Position numbers and translations under genes: made by a program. 64,000 nucleotides of DNA from positions 120,195 to 184,194 of the forward strand of contig JBAZXV010000002.1 of the NCBI GenBank assembly GCA_041659685.1. Direction: 5' to 3'. The DNA comes from Parcubacteria group bacterium (GTDB lineage: Bacteria > Patescibacteriota > Minisyncoccia > Moranbacterales > UBA11712). Shown here in pieces: positions 56,759 through 64,000 of the stretch (positions are counted from its first letter, which is position 1; the number at the start of each line of letters is the position of its first letter). Below the pieces are notes generated by a model. The model saw nothing but the letters and a program-made list of their open reading frames with translations, had not been told where the DNA came from and made no database searches.

Positions 56759-57625
56759 TTAAATAAGCAAGTTCATGCTCTCGAGCAAGGATTTTTGGTT
56801 CACGTTTTGGATTTCGATGCCCGGACGGCCGTTGATTTCGATGAGGACGACGCGATCATTTTTGTCGATGATCAAATCCACCCCGGAAATAAGAAGTTGG
56901 GAAAGTTTAGAGGCCTCTATAGAGGCCTCTATCAATTTGCCCCAATGCGGGATGCGAAAGTTTTCCGGAATGTCAAAATCCGAAAGTTTGAATGCGCGTT
57001 CCTCTTTTTTGGAAAAAAGATGCGTCACTTTGCCGGTTTTGACGTCGATGCCGACGCCGATGGCGCCGACGGTGAGGTTGGCCCGTCCGCGGGTGGCTTT
57101 GGTCGAATGTCTCAGCATGGCCATGACGGGAACGAAATTTACGCAAAAAATCCGGATGTCGGGCAGGCCGGCGGAGTGTTTGAACATAATTTTTGGCGAC
57201 GGATAGATTCTTTCCTCAACGATTGCGACATCTCTTTCCGAATGGCCGGAATATTCACCATCCAGGATGCGGCGAATGTGTTTTCGAATTTGTTTTTCGG
57301 AATACTTTTCGCCCGAAGGATCAAAAAACTTCCCGTCTTTCTTCTCAAGGACCATGATGCCGCTTCCGCCGAAGCCCCGGGACGGCTTGATCACGAATTC
57401 TTCCGGGAAAAGCCGGATTTTTTCAAGATCCGCGATGTTTTCAATTTCGAAAAAAGTTTTCGGCGAATATATTCCATGCTGAGAAAAGAGTTTTTTGGCC
57501 GCCGCTTTATTCTTGGCGAGGTCGAGTGATTCCCAGAAATTATATTCCCGAATCAAGAAATTGCGAAAATTCATGCCGAGCGGCTTTTTCTTTTCAGAAA
57601 AATATTTTCTGGACAAATTAATCAT
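56759..57625 (-). CDS. RimK-like ATP-grasp ligase (alpha-L-glutamate-ligase-like)
   Basis: 288 aa. FVIKPSRGFGGSGIMV (ATP-grasp B-loop) and a C-terminal LIEINGRPGIEIQN (Mg/ATP-binding E..N motif). Confidence 0.7.
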   Translation of the reverse strand: MINLSRKYFSEKKKPLGMNFRNFLIREYNFWESLDLAKNKAAAKKLFSQHGIYSPKTFFEIENIADLEKIRLFPEEFVIKPSRGFGGSGIMVLEKKDGKFFDPSGEKYSEKQIRKHIRRILDGEYSGHSERDVAIVEERIYPSPKIMFKHSAGLPDIRIFCVNFVPVMAMLRHSTKATRGRANLTVGAIGVGIDVKTGKVTHLFSKKEERAFKLSDFDIPENFRIPHWGKLIEASIEASKLSQLLISGVDLIIDKNDRVVLIEINGRPGIEIQNVNQKSLLESMNLLI

Positions 57626-58737
57626 TTTTTTCGAAGCATCTTAAAGCGAAAAAATTCGGTGAAACGGAGGCCGTTATAATGTCCGGCCGCGATCGCGAGC
57701 AGGATGGAGGCGGCGAAAATGAGCCAGATGGCGCCATACGATTGCGTAATAAGATAGCTGCCGATGAAAGTGAGGACAACGGCCAAGGCCATGGTTTGCA
57801 CCGTGAGCAAGATTGCGTCGCCAATTCGGTGTTCGCCGACAGTTTTCGAAAATCTTTCGATGATGTGAGTCGTGATGATGAGCGGAAAAAAGACCGTGGT
57901 GACGGCGACTTGAAAACCGAGCGGCAGAAAAGAAAAACCGACCAGTGACAAAACGACAGCCGACATAATGAGCGACATTTCGGCGACATGCGGCAGTTTC
58001 AATTTTTCAAAAAAAATAATTTTGAAGCCGGTGCCGATGGAAATGAGAAAAATATAAATAAAAATTCCCTGAACGATGTTTGGCGACATCAAAATGAGCG
58101 AAAGGGCGATGACGACGGGAGCAAAAACTCCAAAAGTTCTGAGACCCCCGATGAGCTGGAAAAGAACCACTAGAGCGCCGAGAATCGGGATGATGAGAAT
58201 GTCTTTGCTGACGGCGCGGTTGGCCGAGCGAGCCAAAATTATGGCTTTTGAGAATCGCTGATTGACCGGAGCTTTCGGTTCATTCAAAAATTGTCGGGCC
58301 GGATCAATGGTGAATCCGAGAAGATCTTGGCGTCCGATGATCATGTCGGTGTTGAGTTGCGACCGATCGGCGACGGACAGAACTGAACTGATAGTTTTGT
58401 CTCCGAGGATAAATTCTGCATTGACAGTTTCTCGAACCTGAACTCCCGAGGCACTGATAACCCGGCGTTTCAATTTGTTGCGCTGAAGTCCCAGTCGGTC
58501 GGCGAGCGAAGAGTCGATGGCGGAAAAATCCGCGCCTGTGTCGGTTTTGGCGACGATATTGGCCGGACCCTGAGGCGAGAGCAGAATGACATTTTCCTGA
58601 GATCCGATCAGGGAGCTCGTTTCGTTTCTTGATTCAAAAAAATCGATGAGAACCCCGGCCAAGATTGCGAGGGCGAGGGCGGTCGAAAAAATGGCGATTC
58701 TGCGGCGTTTTGAAATTTTTGGGTTGGTGAATTGCAT
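57622..58737 (-). CDS. Retropepsin-like aspartyl protease fused to a C-terminal 7-TM domain
   Basis: N-terminal TM. Aspartyl protease motifs AKTDTGADFSAID ... MIIGRQDLLGFTID. About 7 predicted TM helices in the C-terminal 200 aa. It overlaps the ATP-grasp gene by 4 nt. Confidence 0.7.
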   Translation of the reverse strand: MQFTNPKISKRRRIAIFSTALALAILAGVLIDFFESRNETSSLIGSQENVILLSPQGPANIVAKTDTGADFSAIDSSLADRLGLQRNKLKRRVISASGVQVRETVNAEFILGDKTISSVLSVADRSQLNTDMIIGRQDLLGFTIDPARQFLNEPKAPVNQRFSKAIILARSANRAVSKDILIIPILGALVVLFQLIGGLRTFGVFAPVVIALSLILMSPNIVQGIFIYIFLISIGTGFKIIFFEKLKLPHVAEMSLIMSAVVLSLVGFSFLPLGFQVAVTTVFFPLIITTHIIERFSKTVGEHRIGDAILLTVQTMALAVVLTFIGSYLITQSYGAIWLIFAASILLAIAAGHYNGLRFTEFFRFKMLRKK

Positions 58738-58953
58738 ATGTTTGAATTAATATATCCTTCTCCTAACTATACTCATATTTCAGAATTTTACAAAAAAAAT
58801 TATTCACTATTTTTCTTAGAAAATTTAGTCAATATATTTGTATTTACCGTTTCATACTGCAATATTGACAAAATAATAGTTTTGTTGTAGCTTCACAACA
58901 GATCCAGGGAATAACTCCCGATGGATATAACCCTAACTAAGGAGGACATAAAA

Positions 58954-59409
58954 ATGTCCGAGCATCAGTGGCCGACTCTTTATGAGGTGTATTTCGCAGT
59001 ATGGAAAGCGCTGGGTGAAGAAGGCATTAGGATGGTTCAATATGGGGAAGTTGAATTTCCCTGCAGCGCTAGTCGTTTCAATGATTGCATTCCGGCAGAT
59101 ATTTTTATTTACCTCACTCGGTATTACTTTAAAGCTGAGTTGAGGGTAGTAAAAAGTGATAGTGAAAGTGCCTGGGTAAGAGAAGCGGTCCTAAGGCAGA
59201 TATCGAAAGACTTTAAGGAGTCCTATACGGTATACGCGAGGGATTTCAAGAGCGGACTATTTTGTCCGGTCCGCGAAATGGCCTGGAACCTGGCCGGAGC
59301 GCTGGAAGCGTTTCGGACTCTGTGGCCGAAAATAAAAGCGTCCGAGGAGAAATACAGCACTAAACTCGAAGAAATCAGACAGCGGGCACTCGACGAGTGC
59401 TTTGGCTAA
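58954..59409 (+). CDS. Hypothetical protein (151 aa), GC-rich relative to neighbours
   Basis: Strong SD (AAGGAGG) 7 nt upstream of the ATG at 58954. GC is about 48% versus about 40% locally. No family recognised. Confidence 0.5.
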   Translation: MSEHQWPTLYEVYFAVWKALGEEGIRMVQYGEVEFPCSASRFNDCIPADIFIYLTRYYFKAELRVVKSDSESAWVREAVLRQISKDFKESYTVYARDFKSGLFCPVREMAWNLAGALEAFRTLWPKIKASEEKYSTKLEEIRQRALDECFG

Positions 59410-59473
59410 AAGCAACAAGAAGATGAAAAGAAATTGGGAGGCGTTGGCTGGATGCGGCGCCTCTTTTCAATGG

Positions 59474-59545
59474 TGGACTTTTATTTTTTTAGTGTATATA
59501 ATTTATGAACGATGCGTTTTCCTAACATTTAATGTTAGGAAATGA
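59474..59545 (+). promoter_or_regulatory. uvrB promoter (TGGACT-17-TATAAT) plus downstream TTCCTAACATTTAATGTTAGGAA palindrome (candidate LexA operator or 5'UTR hairpin)
   Basis: -35 at 59474-59479 and -10 at 59497-59502. A perfect 9+9 palindrome with a 1-nt centre lies at 59519-59541, 20 nt before the uvrB ATG. A rho-independent-like hairpin (GAGGCG...CGCCTC TTTT) lies upstream at about 59437-59470. Confidence 0.45.
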
Positions 59546-59560
59546 AAACAATGCTAGGAA

Positions 59561-61561
59561 ATGAAATTCAAAATTAACTCCAAATTCAAGCCCGATGGGG
59601 ATCAGCCCAAGGCGATCAAGGATTTGACCGCCGGGCTTCGCAGTGGCGCGAAATTCCAAACACTTCTTGGAGTGACTGGGTCGGGCAAGACTTTCACGAT
59701 GGCGAATGTGATTGAGAATGTCCAGAAACCGACACTAGTCATTGCGCCGAACAAAACGCTCGCTGCCCAGCTCGCGCAGGAATTTCGCACATTTTTTCCG
59801 AAAAACGCGGTCGAATATTTTGTCTCCTACTATGATTATTACCAGCCGGAAGCATATATCGCTTCGTCCGACACATATATCGAAAAAGAAGCGGAGATAA
59901 ACGATGAAATTGACCGGCTCCGTCATGCGGCGACGGTGGCGGTTATGTCGCGAAAGGACTCGATTGTGGTGGCGTCGGTTTCCTGCATCTATGGCTTGGG
60001 ATCGCCGGAATTTTATGAGGACATTTCTCTCAGTCTCAAGATCGGAGAAGCGGCAGACAGAGATAAGTTAATCAAAGATCTGACGGACATGCATTTTTTT
60101 CGGTCGGAATATCTGTCTCGCGGGAAGTTTCGCGCGCATGGAGATACGATCGAAGTCATGTCGCCGTCACGGGAAATAATAACGAGAATTGAGATAGGAG
60201 ATGGGAGAGTGGGGAAAATATCGGAGTATGATTTTCTGACCGGTGAGGCTCTTGGAATTCTCGATAAAGTTTTGATATACCCGGCAAAGCATTTTGTCGT
60301 TCCCGAACCGCTAATGGAGGAAGCGCTTGGAAAGATAGAGACAGAGATGAGAGACAGAGTGGATTATTTTAAGAAACATAATAAACTGCTTGAAGCCGAG
60401 AGGATATACCGCCGGACAAAACAAGATCTTGAGATGATGCGGGAAATCGGGTATTGCAACGGGATTGAAAATTATTCCCGCTATTTGACCGGCCGCGTCC
60501 CGGGGGAAGCTCCTTATACTCTTGTAGACTATTTCAGCAAAGATTTTTTGATTATAATCGACGAATCTCACGTAACCGTTCCTCAGCTCAACGCGATGTA
60601 TAACGGCGACCATGCCCGCAAAAAAGCGCTTATCGATAACGGTTTTCGGCTTCCGAGCGCTTTCGACAATCGGCCGCTGAAATTCAGTGAATTTGAAAAG
60701 AAAATCAATCAAGTAATTTTCACTTCAGCGACTCCGGCTGAGTACGAAAAGCGTAACTCGAAACGCGTAACGCATAACGCGACAGGAATCGTTGAACAGA
60801 TTATCAGGCCTACTGGCTTAATAGATCCTGAGCTGGTTATTAAACCCGCGAAGGGGCAGGTGAAGGACGTGATTGAGGAGATAAAGGAAGAGATTAAAGA
60901 TAAAGATAGAGATAGAGAAATGAGAGGGAGAGTGCTGGTGACGACGCTGACCAAAAAAATGGCCGAAGATCTTGCCGAATTTTTGAAAGAAAATGAGATA
61001 AAATCGGAATATCTGCATTCCGGAGTGGACACCATGGACCGGGTGCGGATTCTCGAAAATTTACGCCGGGGAAAATTTGATGTTTTGGTGGGCGTGAATC
61101 TTCTGCGGGAAGGCCTTGATTTGCCGGAAGTGTCGCTGGTGACCATTCTTGATGCGGACAAAGAAGGTTTTTTGCGATCCGAAACATCGCTCGTTCAAAC
61201 GATCGGCCGCGCGGCGCGGAATATTTCCGGACGGGTGATTCTCTACGCTGACAAAATCACGGGCTCGATGAAACGGGCGATTGATGAAACCAACCGCCGG
61301 CGAGAAACGCAAACAGCTTACAACAAAAAGCATCATATCACGCCGAAAACAATCAAAAAGAAGATTGAATCGATTGTCGATCACGAACTCAAACCCGAAA
61401 TTCCGCGGGAATTTGTGAAACTCGAATCTCTTGAGGATATTGCGGGATATCTGAAAATCAAGGAACGCGAAATGAAAGAAGCGGCGCGGAATATGGAATT
61501 TGAAAAAGCGGCGGTGATCCGGGATGAAATCATACAACTGAGGAAGTTGCAGATGGGATAG
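59561..61561 (+). CDS. uvrB: Excinuclease ABC subunit B
   Basis: MKFKINSKFKPDGDQPKAIKDL N-terminus. Walker A GVTGSGKT. Helicase motifs. C-terminal UVR domain (EFEKAAVIRDEIIQLRK). Confidence 0.9.
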   Translation: MKFKINSKFKPDGDQPKAIKDLTAGLRSGAKFQTLLGVTGSGKTFTMANVIENVQKPTLVIAPNKTLAAQLAQEFRTFFPKNAVEYFVSYYDYYQPEAYIASSDTYIEKEAEINDEIDRLRHAATVAVMSRKDSIVVASVSCIYGLGSPEFYEDISLSLKIGEAADRDKLIKDLTDMHFFRSEYLSRGKFRAHGDTIEVMSPSREIITRIEIGDGRVGKISEYDFLTGEALGILDKVLIYPAKHFVVPEPLMEEALGKIETEMRDRVDYFKKHNKLLEAERIYRRTKQDLEMMREIGYCNGIENYSRYLTGRVPGEAPYTLVDYFSKDFLIIIDESHVTVPQLNAMYNGDHARKKALIDNGFRLPSAFDNRPLKFSEFEKKINQVIFTSATPAEYEKRNSKRVTHNATGIVEQIIRPTGLIDPELVIKPAKGQVKDVIEEIKEEIKDKDRDREMRGRVLVTTLTKKMAEDLAEFLKENEIKSEYLHSGVDTMDRVRILENLRRGKFDVLVGVNLLREGLDLPEVSLVTILDADKEGFLRSETSLVQTIGRAARNISGRVILYADKITGSMKRAIDETNRRRETQTAYNKKHHITPKTIKKKIESIVDHELKPEIPREFVKLESLEDIAGYLKIKEREMKEAARNMEFEKAAVIRDEIIQLRKLQMG

Positions 61562-61733
61562 TGTTGAAATTGATTTATTAACTGTATAGTAGTAATATCG
61601 ATAGAACCCCCCGCACCAAATTATCTGGTGCTACATGGAAATGTAAATTAGGGGCGTTTTTTGAGTTTGAGAAGAAAATTTGGTGCGGGACAAGCCAATT
61701 TCAGGCACTTTTTGCATTTCAACAAAATAATAT

Positions 61734-64000
61734 ATGGATAAGATTGTTATAAGAGGCGCTAGGGAACATAATTTGAAAAACGTGAATCTCGAACTTCCTC
61801 GGGGGAAGTTTATCGTGTTCACCGGAATCAGCGGGTCGGGGAAATCCACGCTGGCTTTTGATACCATTTTTGCCGAAGGGCAGAGGCGGTATCTTGAGAG
61901 TCTTTCGAGTTATGCCCGGCAATTTTTGGGACAAATGGAAAAGCCGGATGTCGATTCGATTGAGGGCCTCAGCCCGGCGATTTCGATTGACCAAAAAGCG
62001 TCATCTCACAACCCGCGCTCGACCGTCGGAACCGTGACGGAAATTCATGACTATTTGAGGCTTTTGTATGCGAAAATCGGTGTGGCGCACTGCCCTGAAT
62101 GCGGAAAAGAAATATCGAAAATGTCGATCGATGAAATCGTGGATCGGATTTTGGAAGCCGGGAACGGATCGAAAATAGAAATACTCGCGCCCGTTGTTCG
62201 GGAAAGAAAAGGGGATTATGCGACACTTCTTGGGGAAATGTGGAAACGAGGGTTCGGAAAGGCGTATATTGACGGCCAAAAAGTGAATCTTGAAGAAGAA
62301 GCCAAAAAGGGGAAAGTTCTGGCAAGATACAAAAAACACAGCATTGATATTTTGATCGACACGGTCGAGATCAATGATAAAAATATTAGCCGCATATTTG
62401 AGTCGGTTGAGTCGGCGCTCAAGTTGTCGCAAGGGCTAGTAAAAATTATTCCCGAAACGCATAACGCGAAACGCGACACGCGAAATGAAGAAATTATTTT
62501 CAATCAAAACATGGCATGTGTGGATCACGAAGACGTGACTTTTCCGGAAATTGAGCCGCGACTTTTTTCATTCAACAGTCCGCAGGGAGCGTGTCCCGAG
62601 TGCGAGGGACTCGGCACAAAAAAAGAAATTGATCCGAATTTGGTGATCCCCGACAAAAGCCGAACTATCGCCGAGGGAGCCATTATGCCTTGGAGTTACA
62701 AACCGAACAATTACCAAGGTTCGATTCTCCGCGCCGTGACGAACTACTACCGTATTCCCGATAACGTCCGCTTTCGGGATCTTCCTGAAAAACAGCAGGA
62801 AATCCTTATCAGCGGGGAAGAAGAACCTGATTCAATAGAAGTCCGCCTCAAAACAAAAACCGGCGCAGTTTGGCGTTTTGATGTGAAATGGAACGGGATT
62901 TTGGGTTTCATGCGCGACCGTTATTTCAAAACGGATTCCGAAAGCGTGCGGCAGGACATTGAAAAATATATGTCGCAAAGCGCTTGCCCGGCCTGTAAAG
63001 GCTCAAGACACAAGCCCGAAGCCTTGCTGATCACTGTTGGCGGGGCAAGTATCGCTGAAATTTCGGGCATAAGCGTTGCGGAGACCCTGAAATCTTTTGA
63101 TGGAATAAAATTGAACGAAAGGGAAAAAATAATTGCCGATAAAATCTTAAAAGAGATCCAGAATCGTCTCGGATTTTTGAAAGATGTGGGACTCGGGTAT
63201 CTTACTTTGGGGCGCGCCGCGAACACTCTGGCGGGAGGGGAGACGCAAAGAATCCGCCTTGCTTCGCAAATCGGCTCGCAACTTGTCGGTGTATTGTATA
63301 TTCTTGATGAACCGTCCGTTGGTCTTCATGCGCGGGACAATGCCAAGCTTCTTGAGACGCTTTTGAAACTTCGGGACATTGGCAACACGGTGATTGTCAT
63401 TGAACACGATGAAGAAACCATTCGAGCCGCCGACCATTTGGTTGATATCGGTCCGGGAGCAGGCAAACATGGCGGAGAGGTCGTGGCGGAAGGTTCTGTT
63501 TTGGAAGTTGAGAAGAGCAAAAAATCCATTACAGCCCAATATTTGCGGGGAGATCTTGAAATCGAGATTCCGCGCGAACGCCGTCCGGTGCGAAACAAAA
63601 AATGGCTGACGGTCAAAGGCGCGACAGAGCATAATCTCAAAAATGTGACCGTTGATTTTCCGCTCAAGACTTTGACTTGCGTGACAGGTGTTTCGGGCTC
63701 GGGGAAATCGACGCTCGTTGAAGATATTTTGGGAAAAGGTCTTTCGGCGAAAATAATGCGCTCGCTTGAGCGGCCGGGACGTCACAAAGAAATTCTCGGA
63801 ACGCAGTATGTCGACAAAGTGATTCACATTGATCAATCACCGATTGGGCGCACGCCGCGTTCGAATCCGGCGACCTATGTCGGTTTTTTCACTTTGATCC
63901 GGGAACTTTTCGCGATGACGAAAGACGCGCGGGAAAGGGGATACGGGCCGGGAAGATTTTCATTTAATGTAAACGGGGGAAGATGCGACAACTGTCGGGG
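61734..64000 (+). CDS. uvrA: Excinuclease ABC subunit A (5' portion; continues beyond window end)
   Basis: MDKIVIRGAREHNLKNVNLELPRGKFIVFTGISGSGKSTLAFDTIFAEGQRRY, two ABC modules, and zinc-finger Cys pairs (CPECGK, CPECEGLG). No stop codon before position 64000. Confidence 0.9.
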   Translation, partial: MDKIVIRGAREHNLKNVNLELPRGKFIVFTGISGSGKSTLAFDTIFAEGQRRYLESLSSYARQFLGQMEKPDVDSIEGLSPAISIDQKASSHNPRSTVGTVTEIHDYLRLLYAKIGVAHCPECGKEISKMSIDEIVDRILEAGNGSKIEILAPVVRERKGDYATLLGEMWKRGFGKAYIDGQKVNLEEEAKKGKVLARYKKHSIDILIDTVEINDKNISRIFESVESALKLSQGLVKIIPETHNAKRDTRNEEIIFNQNMACVDHEDVTFPEIEPRLFSFNSPQGACPECEGLGTKKEIDPNLVIPDKSRTIAEGAIMPWSYKPNNYQGSILRAVTNYYRIPDNVRFRDLPEKQQEILISGEEEPDSIEVRLKTKTGAVWRFDVKWNGILGFMRDRYFKTDSESVRQDIEKYMSQSACPACKGSRHKPEALLITVGGASIAEISGISVAETLKSFDGIKLNEREKIIADKILKEIQNRLGFLKDVGLGYLTLGRAANTLAGGETQRIRLASQIGSQLVGVLYILDEPSVGLHARDNAKLLETLLKLRDIGNTVIVIEHDEETIRAADHLVDIGPGAGKHGGEVVAEGSVLEVEKSKKSITAQYLRGDLEIEIPRERRPVRNKKWLTVKGATEHNLKNVTVDFPLKTLTCVTGVSGSGKSTLVEDILGKGLSAKIMRSLERPGRHKEILGTQYVDKVIHIDQSPIGRTPRSNPATYVGFFTLIRELFAMTKDARERGYGPGRFSFNVNGGRCDNCR

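Noticed and set aside
56795-57529. 244-aa plus-strand ORF overlapping the ATP-grasp gene
   Set aside because: It is antisense to the ATP-grasp ORF, which carries genuine ligase motifs. Its composition is Gly/Arg/Phe-rich without structure.
63147-63836. 229-aa minus-strand ORF inside uvrA
   Set aside because: It is antisense to the second ABC module of UvrA and has no recognisable features.
1-64000. Search for tRNA, rRNA and CRISPR arrays
   Set aside because: I found no cloverleaf-compatible segments with a GTTCRANYC T-loop, no rRNA-like conserved blocks, and no regularly spaced direct repeats. The palindromic repeats present are REP- or MITE-like and not spaced as CRISPR arrays.
1-64000. 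Alternative genetic code (UGA recoded, as in some CPR lineages)
   Set aside because: Full-length, motif-complete proteins (GatB, ThrRS, UvrB, MurA and others) are obtained with TGA read as stop. There is no sign of in-frame TGA read-through being needed.

Overview
This 64 kb window is low-GC (about 40%), densely packed with short housekeeping genes, and has no rRNA, tRNA or CRISPR that I could recognise. Taken together these features suggest a reduced-genome bacterium, possibly a Patescibacteria/CPR-like lineage; this is an inference from gene content only. The standard genetic code appears to be in use, since full-length proteins are obtained with TGA read as stop.

Gene content I can support from the sequence:
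- A LexA repressor, followed by a nucleotide-metabolism cluster (dCMP deaminase, a dCTP-deaminase/dUTPase-family protein, thymidylate kinase), then gatB.
- An orphan aspartate-carbamoyltransferase-like gene with a terminator-containing leader.
- miaA and a miaB-like methylthiotransferase that carries in-frame palindromic insertions, then thrS.
- Cell-envelope genes: FtsW/RodA, murA, two mreB paralogs (one inside an mreB-mreC-mreD-PBP2 cluster), rseP, ftsQ, a truncated MurF-like ligase, two GT4 and two GT39 glycosyltransferases.
- Translation genes: L25, frr, class-I lysS, serS.
- greA, a holB-like gene, three NUDIX hydrolases, uvrB and a partial uvrA.
- An IS200-like tyrosine transposase (RAYT) flanked by inverted REP-like palindromes, with a duplicated serS 3' end and a chimeric gene fragment next to it.

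The most interesting candidates for under-described systems are:
- A minus-strand block with a retropepsin-like aspartyl protease fused to a 7-TM domain, translationally coupled to a RimK-like ATP-grasp ligase, followed by a DUF763-like gene and a hypothetical.
- A 7 kb plus-strand block encoding a 1059-aa HEAT-repeat protein, two small acidic proteins, a membrane-anchored VirB4/HerA/FtsK-superfamily ATPase, and two tiny 'MTDD' ORFs (one a zinc ribbon).

Other points of interest are palindromic TCCTAA...TTAGGA elements at the gatB and uvrB starts (a LexA operator or a REP family), a 65-nt sequence box conserved upstream of two strong promoters, and a GC-rich island holding a Cys-rich small ORF or an ncRNA.
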